Assembly: GCA_964354805.1 (NCBI GenBank)
Contig: CAYHBD010000016.1
Location: 68,532 to 132,531 of the forward strand
Reading direction: 5' to 3'
DNA length: 64,000 nucleotides
From: an uncultured archaeon
GTDB lineage: Archaea; Iainarchaeota; Iainarchaeia; Iainarchaeales; GCA-2688035
Shown here: positions 38,228-46,713 of the stretch, piece by piece
How positions within the stretch are numbered: position 1 is the first letter of the stretch
Layout: each line of letters begins with the position of its first letter
The notes under the pieces: generated by a model
What the model was told of the DNA's origin: nothing
The model's input: only the letters and a program-made list of their open reading frames with translations
Databases searched by the model: none
Program-made: the position numbers and the translations under genes

Positions 38228-38615
38228 TTGGGGTTACCTCCAGCTTGTTGCCCTGCTCTCTTTCAACAGTCTTAAGCAGGGGCGCAATGCACTGCGTTTT
38301 CTTCATTTTTTCGCCTTCGCTGCTTTCAACCACGTTTTCATTTGCACTGCAAGGCATTGCAGGCAGCAATTCTTTCACATTGCCACTGTACAAAGCGTCT
38401 GCCCCAATGCAGCAAAACTCAGTGGCAGCTTTTGCCTTGAGTGCGGCAACGGCATCCTGCGCCTCTGTGTTCATGTTGTTCACGCTGTGCAGCATTATCG
38501 CCAACAGCGCGAGAAAAACGCAGAAGCAAGCAATTGCCTCAAGCTGTAACTGGCCTTTTTTGTTGATACAAAAAAGCCCAGGGAAAAATTGCTTCGCTTG
38601 GCCCCTTTTGTTCAT
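38211..38615 (-). CDS. Type IV pilin-like protein with extended leader containing a repeat element
   Basis: MNKRGQAKQFFPGLFCINKKG/QLQLEAIACFCVFLALLAIML. Confidence 0.6.
   Translation of the reverse strand: MNKRGQAKQFFPGLFCINKKGQLQLEAIACFCVFLALLAIMLHSVNNMNTEAQDAVAALKAKAATEFCCIGADALYSGNVKELLPAMPCSANENVVESSEGEKMKKTQCIAPLLKTVEREQGNKLEVTPNEHYR
38552..38597 (+). repeat. Two-hairpin repeat element, copy inside the pilin-gene 5' end (second hairpin degraded)
   Basis: GGCC-TTTTTTGT-tgat-ACAAAAAA-GCCCAGGGAAAAATT-GC-ttc-GC. Confidence 0.65.
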
Positions 38616-39175
38616 CCAACCACCGTTGCTTTGATGCTATATCCCGGTGGCAGCCTGAACACTGTTTTTGTGTTATCTCCCGCAATTTCCGCCTCAATAA
38701 AATTGTTCCGTTGCAGGCCGCCTGTGAAATCGTATTCAGCCAGAACGGTTTTGCCCTTAATGCTTACTATGAGCGCTGTGCTGTTGTTGTTCAGAAAATC
38801 TTCAAACTGCAAGCCATCGCTTGTAGTGAATTGCATTTTTGTCTCAGCATCATATCCCTTGAATTGCACTTTTATTTTAGAATTGTATTCTTTCTCAGTT
38901 TCCGCAAACAATAGCACCAACTTTCCGTTCACAAAAAGCTTTAATTCCTCTTGCGGAATGTTCAGCAATATTGCCTGCTGCAGGCTTTCCCTGACCATTG
39001 CATCTGTATTGTTTTCAATGACTGTTCTGATGAAACTGGCTTTTTCGGCTTCGAATGCAATCGTTTTCCCCTGCGCAAGAATTTTGTCAGCTTCAATGCT
39101 TTCGTTCAAAAAATTTGTTTCCAGCGCTATTGCTGAAAGCAGCAAAAGAAAGCAAAAAATGCCCTTGTTGTTCAT
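38612..39175 (-). CDS. Type IV pilin-like / pilus-associated protein
   Basis: MNNKG/IFCFLLLLSAIALE. First gene of the minus-strand pilin operon. Confidence 0.5.
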   Translation of the reverse strand: MNNKGIFCFLLLLSAIALETNFLNESIEADKILAQGKTIAFEAEKASFIRTVIENNTDAMVRESLQQAILLNIPQEELKLFVNGKLVLLFAETEKEYNSKIKVQFKGYDAETKMQFTTSDGLQFEDFLNNNSTALIVSIKGKTVLAEYDFTGGLQRNNFIEAEIAGDNTKTVFRLPPGYSIKATVVG

Positions 39176-39236
39176 CGTGCTCCCTGAAAAAATCAGGGCA
39201 AAGGAACAGATTTAAATAAGCAGGCAATTGCGTTAT

Positions 39237-39983
39237 TCAACGAAATTGTTTCTTGGCCTTGCTTGCAGTGAACCCAATCAGCAATGCAACGACCACAATT
39301 GCTGCAACCAAAGCTGCAATTTTCAGCAAAGGTGCTTCATACTGTATTGCAGGGCATTGGGCGCTTGGGCATTGTATTGCGCTGCATTGTGTTTCAGCAG
39401 CTGGTGCCGTTGGCTGCTTTTCAATGCCAATTATTTCTAAACCGTTTCCATCAGCCTCGCTTGTTTTCCCAGTTGCCGCAGGCGCGTTCTGGTCAGCCGC
39501 GGTTATGCCTATGACATTCTCGCTTTTACCTGCTTCTTTTTCTCCGCCGGCAGGTGCGGCAATGCATGGCACGGCATTGGGCGCTTCTGTTATGGTCGGC
39601 ACCCTGCTTTCAGCCTGCAGCATTTGCCCTGGTGCTTGACTGCCGACTGTTAAAAGCAATCCGTACAATAAGCCAACCATTACTACAGCGCTTATAGCCA
39701 AAACAATTAGGACATTTGCCGGCGCTTCTGTTGCGAAAATATTTTTTCCCTTTCTTGTGAGGGTGTAATACTTCCACTTCCTGCCTTCGTCCAGCCCTTC
39801 AATCAGCCCTGCCTGCTGCAGTATGTCCAGGTGCTGTTTTATTGTCGGCGCAGCCATGTCCAGCTTTTTGCTTAACTCTGTAAGGGTGTGGTTTCTTTCC
39901 CGCAGCAGTTTAATCATTTCAGTCCTTGTTTCACTGGCAAGGGCTTTGAATTCGTTGTTTGAAATTGCAATAGAGCTATCCAT
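39237..39983 (-). CDS. ArsR-type winged-helix regulator fused to two TM helices flanking an Ala/Pro/Cys-rich segment
   Basis: ALASETRTEMIKLLRERNHTLTELSKKLDMAAPTIKQHLDILQQAGLIE...KWKYYTLTRKG, TM helix ANVLIVLAISAVVMVGLLYGLLL and C-terminal TM helix LLKIAALVAAIVVVALLIGF. ATG at 39983 preferred. Confidence 0.7.
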   Translation of the reverse strand: MDSSIAISNNEFKALASETRTEMIKLLRERNHTLTELSKKLDMAAPTIKQHLDILQQAGLIEGLDEGRKWKYYTLTRKGKNIFATEAPANVLIVLAISAVVMVGLLYGLLLTVGSQAPGQMLQAESRVPTITEAPNAVPCIAAPAGGEKEAGKSENVIGITAADQNAPAATGKTSEADGNGLEIIGIEKQPTAPAAETQCSAIQCPSAQCPAIQYEAPLLKIAALVAAIVVVALLIGFTASKAKKQFR

Positions 39984-40052
39984 TTCAGGCTGCACCCGAT
40001 ACAAAGGTATTTGCCTAAATTGCTTTAAATAGGTTTCATTTTTGTTAGGTAG

Positions 40053-40100
40053 AAGCCTTTTTGCTTCCGCAAAAAGCCTTGGGAAAAAGAGCCTTCGGCA
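40053..40100 (+). repeat. Two-hairpin repeat element, copy between the ArsR-like gene and the 585-aa secreted-protein gene
   Basis: AAGCC-TTTTTGC-ttcc-GCAAAAA-GCCTTGGGAAAAAGA-GCC-ttc-GGC. Confidence 0.7.
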
Positions 40101-40118
40101 GACCCTTGCACATTTCTT

Positions 40119-41876
40119 TTAGCATCCTGTTCCTGCTTTCCATTGCCTCATTTTCTGCATTAGTGTCAGCATGGTTATTTCTCCTTTTTTCCACTGCCCA
40201 ATAAAGCCCAGCAACTCTGGCTCCCTAATGCATTGTTGAGTGCAGTCTGTTGGGCATGTTTCAATTGTTTCGCCTGCATCGCAAGTGCCGTTGCCGCAGC
40301 AGACATTGTCTTCGTCTGTTAATCCATCAAAGTCGTTGTCTTTGCTGTCGCATACTTCTTCAAGAAACTTGATTGCGCTTAATTTTTCGTTGATTGCATA
40401 TTCAATGCTTGTATCAAAAACAATTGTGCCTCTTTGGTATTTTCTGTACCATGTGCTGCCTTCTTTGTGGGGCTCTTCTAAAGGCAATCCTAACTTGTAA
40501 CCATAAGTGAAGTAGTTAACCATTGGCTTGTCGTACTCGCTTGGATTGATGTAAATGTATGTGTTTTGGTTTCCAACTAAATGGGCAAAAAGCCAAATCT
40601 GGTAAGCTAGGGGGTTGTTGGCCTCTGCTTCGGAAAAGGTGCTTGCAACATAAAGTTGTTTTTTGTTGTTGTCGCCTAATCTTTTTGATTGGCGGTAATA
40701 AGCTTCAACATTGGCGTCTTGATTCCAGAAGCCGTTTTCAAACATTATCATGTCAAAACTATTTAAATTTTCTGTACTGCTGGTTAACCTATCCAAAAAT
40801 GCGGTTAGGGTTATTTCCAGGTTGCCTGAGTCGGTTACTGTCCTGAATCCGTTTAATATAAGGCGGGTATTAGGTTTTGCTGCCTTTATTTCCTTAGCAA
40901 TCAATATTACATTATCAATTAATTTGTTCCTCTGGTCGTCTATGCTTCCAGTGGAAATATACTTTCCAACATAATTAATCCAGTAGTCTGAGGGAATCCA
41001 ATTATCCAAGAAAACATCATCATTCCCATACCGTGCCTGTCTTATTAATACGTATTCTACTGCGTATTCCCTTACAACAGAGTTGCTAAAGTTAAAGAAC
41101 CATCTTCTTTCAGTTCCACCCCCACCTCTCCAATAAGTACATGCGGGCGTTTCATCGCACCCATATCCCCAAGGGTAAACAATAGTTTTCCCATTCCGGT
41201 AATCCTCGTCAGGGGAGTCTTTGAGAGGCTCGGTGTTGGTCTTGTTATCTTTCCAAATGGTATTCCCCCCAGAATCTGTTTGAACTCCATAACTGCATCC
41301 CCCTTCGCCAAACTCTTCTCTTTCTTGACACATTTTGTTTATATCTGCTCTTTGAATAATGTCTTTTCTAACTTTCCCGTCTCCATCGGCATCATATTTT
41401 GTGAATAGAGCATCTATGTCTGATTGATCAAGTGCAACCACATTAATTCGTTGTCGGTTTTCAGTGGCGGAAGGGTCGAAAAGGCTTTCTTTATCAAAAC
41501 TACCGTGTGGGTGAATGTTGGTTGTTGAAATATAATGAAAAAAATCTAAGCCATTGTATCCGTTTCCAATAGTAAATTCTGTTCCCTGGATTTGCTCGGC
41601 ATTTCCTTCGTAATACCTTATTTCGTAAAATTTTAGGATTTCATTGAAGTTTGTGTTCCCTAACTTGCTTCCGCAGTCGATCGCGCAGTTTTCGCTGTTT
41701 TCCCCTAATCCTGGTTCGCAGTTTTGGTTGCCGCATGCGTCCAGGGTTTCTTGCAGTTGGAGTGTGGAATGCTGTTCATTTTGTGGCGTTGTTGTTTCAG
41801 GTTGTTGGCTATGCGAATTTGAGTTTGCAAGCAACGCTATTGCAAGAATAATGATAATTATTGATTTATGTTTCAA
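40119..41876 (-). CDS. Secreted protein, TIM-barrel glycoside-hydrolase-like core, EF-hand-like loop, Cys-rich modules and shared C-terminal tag
   Basis: TTG start, signal peptide MKHKSIIIIILAIALLANS. CGNQNCEPGLGENSENCAIDC and CGNGTCDAGETIETCPTDC modules, YDADGDGKVRKD, and the tag GFIGQWKKGEITMLTLMQKMRQWKAGTGC. The hydrolase call is weak. Confidence 0.65.
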   Translation of the reverse strand: MKHKSIIIIILAIALLANSNSHSQQPETTTPQNEQHSTLQLQETLDACGNQNCEPGLGENSENCAIDCGSKLGNTNFNEILKFYEIRYYEGNAEQIQGTEFTIGNGYNGLDFFHYISTTNIHPHGSFDKESLFDPSATENRQRINVVALDQSDIDALFTKYDADGDGKVRKDIIQRADINKMCQEREEFGEGGCSYGVQTDSGGNTIWKDNKTNTEPLKDSPDEDYRNGKTIVYPWGYGCDETPACTYWRGGGGTERRWFFNFSNSVVREYAVEYVLIRQARYGNDDVFLDNWIPSDYWINYVGKYISTGSIDDQRNKLIDNVILIAKEIKAAKPNTRLILNGFRTVTDSGNLEITLTAFLDRLTSSTENLNSFDMIMFENGFWNQDANVEAYYRQSKRLGDNNKKQLYVASTFSEAEANNPLAYQIWLFAHLVGNQNTYIYINPSEYDKPMVNYFTYGYKLGLPLEEPHKEGSTWYRKYQRGTIVFDTSIEYAINEKLSAIKFLEEVCDSKDNDFDGLTDEDNVCCGNGTCDAGETIETCPTDCTQQCIREPELLGFIGQWKKGEITMLTLMQKMRQWKAGTGC

Positions 41877-41916
41877 TTTAAATCAATCAAATAAGTGCTT
41901 TCTTTAATAAAAATTT
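41877..41916 (-). promoter_or_regulatory. Conserved promoter/leader, copy A (TATA-like TTTTTATT at about -38 to -31 from the start codon)
   Basis: Gene-sense AAATTTTTATTAAAGAAAGCACTTATTTGATTGATTTAAA|TTG. Aligns with copies at 46636-46676, 57579-57619 and 62025-62064. Confidence 0.6.
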
Positions 41917-41986
41917 AATTGAGGGGGCTTGTGGCTGGCAAAAGCACAGCTGGCAGTGCAGTTGTGCCCTGCAATTAAGTATTTAT

Positions 41987-42907
41987 ATGATTTTAATCAA
42001 TTCATTAACTATGTTGTTTGATTTGAATTCAATGGTTTACAATTCGCTTGATTATGCGGCAAGAGAGGTTGTGCCAAAGGCATTGCAGGGGGACATGGGG
42101 GCAATTGCTGCAATCGGCATAACTGCAATTGTCCTGATTGTTGCAGTAATTTTTTTTGTTGAATTGCCTGCGTGGATTCTGGGTTTGTTCAAGCGTTTCT
42201 TTTTGCTTGCATTACTTGCTGTTTCAGCTATTTTCTTTCTTTCCAGTTTCAATGAAAAATTGCTTTTAGGGCAGGCAGACGCAGTTATTGCAGCACTTGC
42301 TGTAATTGGCGTTCTTTCTGCTGTGATTGCTTTTGCGATTTTAATAATTTCAATCAAGCGCCAGGTGTTGAGGCCAAAGGCTGAAAAAATCAGCGAACTG
42401 AAGAAAAAGATGCTTGAGGCAGCTGCAGTGGAATTTAAGGGGGATGAATCTCAGTCTTTTGCTCCTGCCGAGGAAAAGCCGGCAATAACAATTGCTGCCA
42501 CAGAGCAGCCTGTGAAGATTGCACTACCCATGAGGGCAAAAATTTTATCTTTTTTCAATGAAAAAAGCGCTTTGGCTGCATTCGCTTTTGTAATTGTTTT
42601 TGAGTTGGGTGTTAGCAGTGGCTTGGCTGTTTCAATGCCTGATGAAACAATTGCATTGGCTTTCCTGGGCTTTTGCCTGCTTGCTTCGCTTGTTTTCATT
42701 AAAGTTGCTTTCCAGAATTTTTTGCACGGATTGCGTTATTTGTTCTTCGCGCTTTTTTTCGGCTCGGCTTTCGCAATCGCGTTAGGCCACTTCTGGGCAG
42801 GCATTGCATTGCAGGAACTGCTTTCACTAGCCTTTTTCAAAACAAGCAGCTTTACTGCGCTGATAGCTGCACTGGTTGCAGGCATGCTGATTGGCTCAAA
42901 AGGGTAA
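41987..42907 (+). CDS. Hypothetical polytopic membrane protein
   Basis: 306 aa with TM helices on both sides of a charged central linker. No motif recognised. Confidence 0.45.
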   Translation: MILINSLTMLFDLNSMVYNSLDYAAREVVPKALQGDMGAIAAIGITAIVLIVAVIFFVELPAWILGLFKRFFLLALLAVSAIFFLSSFNEKLLLGQADAVIAALAVIGVLSAVIAFAILIISIKRQVLRPKAEKISELKKKMLEAAAVEFKGDESQSFAPAEEKPAITIAATEQPVKIALPMRAKILSFFNEKSALAAFAFVIVFELGVSSGLAVSMPDETIALAFLGFCLLASLVFIKVAFQNFLHGLRYLFFALFFGSAFAIALGHFWAGIALQELLSLAFFKTSSFTALIAALVAGMLIGSKG

Positions 42908-42981
42908 GCAGCTTGTATTTTCTTTCATATTTTTTGCCCACAAATTAATCCTTCAAAATTTATAATCAAAAGAATGGGCAA

Positions 42982-43809
42982 TTACAATTCTTCCCAGTAT
43001 TTCTGCATCAACAGCGCATCTCCCTCTAAGTTTGGGCTTTCTGAAATAATGCAGCCGCCTGCCTTTTTCTCTTGCAACGCTTCCAGAAGCCACTTGAAAT
43101 TGAAAGTGTTTCCCTTTTCCTGCAGATTCATGTGATTTCTTTCGCCTTTTGCGCTGAAATTTATTCCGCTCACGTGCATCTGCAAATCCTGCAAGAACTT
43201 TTCCGGAATCTCTTCAATTGCGCTCAAAAAATCTGCCTTGCTTTTGAACCTGCCGTTCTCCCTCGCGTGCAAATGGCTCCAATCAACCATTGGCTGCACT
43301 CCTTTTACCTGCCTGCATATTTCCAGCGTTTCCTGCAGGCTGCCAAGCTGGCTTCTCTTTCCTGTTGTTTCAGGCGCAAGCTTTATTGCCCATTTGTTTG
43401 ATTCAATTTCTTTTGCAATTTCAGCTATTTCGCCGGCAACCCTTTCCAGCACTTCCCCCTTTTCCTGCTCCTGAAAGTATGCGGGGTGAAAAGTAACAAT
43501 TTTTGCGCCGGCAATTTCCCCGATTTCCGCACTGAGCAAAATCCTCTTTTTGCTATCCTCAACTTTTTTCTTTTCATTTGAATTCAGATTAATGAAGTAT
43601 GGTGCATGAACCCTGAGCATTACATTGTTTCTTTCAGCTGTCTTTCTCACTTCTTTTGCTGTTGCGGCATTCATGTGCACTCCCCTTACAAACTCCAACT
43701 CCATTGCATCCAGGCTAAGCTGCCTTATTCTTTCAATTCCAGAAACGCTGTCGGCTGCAGCAGCCGAATGCGGCACGCCTGCTGTTCCAAAAAGCATTTT
43801 TGGCTTCAT
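42982..43809 (-). CDS. nfo: Endonuclease IV-like AP endonuclease (xylose-isomerase-like TIM barrel)
   Basis: LRVHAPYFINLNS (nfo signature-like), VTFHPAY, and WSHLHAR histidines. Confidence 0.7.
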   Translation of the reverse strand: MKPKMLFGTAGVPHSAAAADSVSGIERIRQLSLDAMELEFVRGVHMNAATAKEVRKTAERNNVMLRVHAPYFINLNSNEKKKVEDSKKRILLSAEIGEIAGAKIVTFHPAYFQEQEKGEVLERVAGEIAEIAKEIESNKWAIKLAPETTGKRSQLGSLQETLEICRQVKGVQPMVDWSHLHARENGRFKSKADFLSAIEEIPEKFLQDLQMHVSGINFSAKGERNHMNLQEKGNTFNFKWLLEALQEKKAGGCIISESPNLEGDALLMQKYWEEL

Positions 43810-43884
43810 TTAAACTTCACTAACACAATATTTCATGAATTCTTTAATAAATTCAGCCCATTCTTTTTTCTTCCATTACCGGTG

Positions 43885-46635
43885 CTATGCCGGCAGGCAT
43901 CCTGTTCCTGCTTTCCATTGCTTCATTTTCTGCATTAGTGCGAGCATGCTTATTTCCCCTCTTTTCCACTGGGGAATGTACTGGTTCATTAATGTCGGCG
44001 TGTCAACGCATTCTGGTGTTTGAGCGCAGCCGCTTTTGTCAAGCGTGCATTGTGCCGTGCATCCAAGTGTTCCTCCAAAATACCCCAAAGAAACGCAGCT
44101 TTCTCCAAAAAGGGCTGTTCCATCGCATTGTTCTCCCAAATCATCATCAACGCCGCCGTTGCCGCATGCTGTATATGATTCGCAGCCGTCACTCAAATTG
44201 CCATTGCTGTTTTGGTATCCTTCAAAGCAGCCATCGAAATGGCAGCTTCCTGCAACACAGCTGCTGAAAGCGTGCGGGTAATAGCATACATTGCTACAGC
44301 TGCCGCAGTTGAATGGGTCATTCTGCAAATTAAATGGTTCGTCTATTGGTGTGCTCCAAGTTGCTGTTGAACTAGAGCTTGTCCAGTACCGCGCGTCTCC
44401 ATCATTGTCAGCGCCGTCGCATATTTCAATTCCTGGGTTGTCTTTTAGCGTGTTCCAGCTGTATTCTGCAGTGTTTACTACTCCACCAACATTGTTGTAG
44501 AATTCGTGGTCTATTATGCCAAGCGCGTTGTATTTGTTTGCAAGATATGACCACCATTTGATGGCTGTTTCATCATACCATGGTCCCCCAAAAAATTCAA
44601 AACCAAGGGTGTTGTAAAGGTTAGGGCCGTTTTCCATGTTTAGATACTGATTGTTTGTGGTATACCACCAATCGATTGGAACAACGTTTTCCCTTTTCAA
44701 TAAATCCAGCGCATGCCAGCTTTTTCCAGTTTGGCCGCCGTACATAGCCTGATATGATTCAACGCCGCCGTTGTGGAACGGGCTTATCATGTCATCCCAT
44801 ATAAGCACTTTTGTGTCTGCGTTGTAGCTGTGGATTATGTCAACCATTTTGTTCAAAAACTTTCCAAGCACCTGATAGTTCTCAAAGCCCCTTTTCTTTG
44901 ACCTGCTATCCCTGTTGAATCCCCTGATTTCATCCATTCCAATGAAAACAAAGTCAGGTTTCTTCTCCATTGTGCTTTTTATATTGTTTCTGTATTCATC
45001 AAGCACTGCAGGGTCTGAGAGGCTTGCATACTCATTTCTTGTTTGCTGGAAATTTACAATAAAGTCGTAGTCTATTGCAACCTCTGCACCGGGCAATATC
45101 CTGCCACCTTCAACTCTTTGAACAGTTGTTTTTTTTCCAGCCAGTGGGTTGCTGAAATTGAATTCCCCTGTTGTGCTCAACGTGTAGTCCGTGCCTTCGG
45201 TGTATTTCACTGTTCTATCCTTATTCCAAACCTGCAGCCCAGTATCTGGCGTCCTAATCACATTCCTTAGGGCTTTTGTCAGGTCAATTAATTCAAAGTC
45301 GTCAAGCCACCATGTTACTGGCTCGCAGAACATGGCCCTGCTGTAAATGGTAAATCCTGCCGCGCCATTAAAAGAAGTGAACATCAAAAAATATTGCTTC
45401 CACTCCCCGCTGTTATCCGTTATGTTGCCATTGTAGTATACACTTGCTCCCCCTATAATAAGAGTGTTCCCTGGCTCATCTTTCATAACAACAGTGAATT
45501 GCGGCTGCCTGTCATTGTTGTTTGGGTCGTTTTTTTTCGCCCAAAAAGTGAACATGTAAATCTTGTCTGACTCAATTGGGATCTGGCTTTCTGTCAGAAA
45601 ATAGCTGCTTGAATCAAGCCCCAATGTATGTTCAGCAACCATCTTTACAGAGCAGTTGCCTGAATGGCTTTGCGTGCAATCCCTTGTCCACTGTCCTCTC
45701 TGCTGCTCTATTGGATAGTTTGAATATTTCCAGCCATCCGGAACTCCGTCTCCATCTTCATCAAATTCCAAATCAGGGTTTGGCAGTTCAACCCCGCCTG
45801 CTGGCTCTGCAATGCCAGAGCTGTTGAACCTGAATGGGGCATTGTATGCCCACACACCTTCATGGAGGTTTTTTCCTTGTCCTTCTGCATATGGTGGCAA
45901 GCCCAGCTTTGTAGAAGTGAAGAAGTGCCTGTCCCTTACATACTCAGTCAGCGGGCCATTGATCCAAATATTGTATTTGTATTTGGCTAAGTGTTCAACC
46001 CAGGCTTCTTGTGTGCCGTAGTAGGGAGGCCAATCTTGTCTGCTGTAAGGGTCCCATATAGTGGGTTCAGTTCCTCCATAGAACCCCCTTATTTTTAAGT
46101 CAGGCCAGTCTGTTATTTTTGCATTTGGCAGAATTATGCTGCTGCCCTCTTTTTTCAGCAGCCAAGTGAGTGAAACAACGCCGTAGAATGTTCCTGCTGT
46201 CGTGTTCCCCAAAATTAGAATCTGGTTTGGCTGAATTATGAGAACATATCCTTGGTTGAATTTATCTTGTGTCAATTCGTTGTTTATGTTGATTCCTGCG
46301 CTGCTTGCGATTGCTGCTATTGCTGCATTTGTGTTCGGGTTTCCTATTACGATTCTTTTCTCTGCTGGCATTGCAGTTATGTCAACTATTCCAAGGCTAG
46401 TTCCCAATGCCGCGCTTATTTTTTTATTTAAGTCGGTTGCTGCAAAGCTGTCTTCTGTTGCCAGGTCAGCCGCAATTTTCCAGCTGCTGTCAATGCTTAC
46501 TGCTGTTGTTGAGAGAGTTTGAATGCTTTTTGGCTTTGGGATTATTGTTGCCGGGTCAATCGGCTGGGCATAGCTGGCTGTAGCCAAAAGCAACAGGAAA
46601 AATGCGATTGCAACAATTATTGTTTTTTGCTTCAA
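43885..46635 (-). CDS. Large secreted protein: GH20-like N-terminal/TIM region, CBM4/9-like module, Cys-rich region and shared C-terminal tag
   Basis: TTG start, signal peptide MKQKTIIVAIAFFLLLLATASYA. IIPKPKSIQ...DWPDLKIRGF resembles GH20. NPDLEFDEDGDGVPDGW is CBM-like. Tag QYIPQWKRGEISMLALMQKMKQWKAGTGCLPA. Confidence 0.7.
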   Translation of the reverse strand: MKQKTIIVAIAFFLLLLATASYAQPIDPATIIPKPKSIQTLSTTAVSIDSSWKIAADLATEDSFAATDLNKKISAALGTSLGIVDITAMPAEKRIVIGNPNTNAAIAAIASSAGININNELTQDKFNQGYVLIIQPNQILILGNTTAGTFYGVVSLTWLLKKEGSSIILPNAKITDWPDLKIRGFYGGTEPTIWDPYSRQDWPPYYGTQEAWVEHLAKYKYNIWINGPLTEYVRDRHFFTSTKLGLPPYAEGQGKNLHEGVWAYNAPFRFNSSGIAEPAGGVELPNPDLEFDEDGDGVPDGWKYSNYPIEQQRGQWTRDCTQSHSGNCSVKMVAEHTLGLDSSSYFLTESQIPIESDKIYMFTFWAKKNDPNNNDRQPQFTVVMKDEPGNTLIIGGASVYYNGNITDNSGEWKQYFLMFTSFNGAAGFTIYSRAMFCEPVTWWLDDFELIDLTKALRNVIRTPDTGLQVWNKDRTVKYTEGTDYTLSTTGEFNFSNPLAGKKTTVQRVEGGRILPGAEVAIDYDFIVNFQQTRNEYASLSDPAVLDEYRNNIKSTMEKKPDFVFIGMDEIRGFNRDSRSKKRGFENYQVLGKFLNKMVDIIHSYNADTKVLIWDDMISPFHNGGVESYQAMYGGQTGKSWHALDLLKRENVVPIDWWYTTNNQYLNMENGPNLYNTLGFEFFGGPWYDETAIKWWSYLANKYNALGIIDHEFYNNVGGVVNTAEYSWNTLKDNPGIEICDGADNDGDARYWTSSSSTATWSTPIDEPFNLQNDPFNCGSCSNVCYYPHAFSSCVAGSCHFDGCFEGYQNSNGNLSDGCESYTACGNGGVDDDLGEQCDGTALFGESCVSLGYFGGTLGCTAQCTLDKSGCAQTPECVDTPTLMNQYIPQWKRGEISMLALMQKMKQWKAGTGCLPA

Positions 46636-46676
46636 TTTGAATCAATTAGAATAAGTGCTTCATTCAATAAAAATTT
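46636..46676 (-). promoter_or_regulatory. Conserved promoter/leader, copy B
   Basis: Gene-sense AAATTTTTATTGAATGAAGCACTTATTCTAATTGATTCAAA|TTG. Confidence 0.6.
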
Positions 46677-46713
46677 AATCCTTTATTTAATTACATTTAT
46701 TCACAGGATTTTT

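Noticed and set aside
37731-39215. Plus-strand ORFs 37731-38549 (272 aa) and 38589-39215 (208 aa)
   Set aside because: They are antisense to four consecutive pilin-like genes that have clear class III signal peptides and overlapping operon structure. The plus-strand products are Ser/Leu/Cys-rich with no motifs.
46636-46713. Replication origin adjacent to orc1/cdc6
   Set aside because: The flanking spacers are only 78 and 40 nt. They contain the exoprotein promoter cassette but no ORB-like inverted repeats or extended AT-rich unwinding element that I could see.
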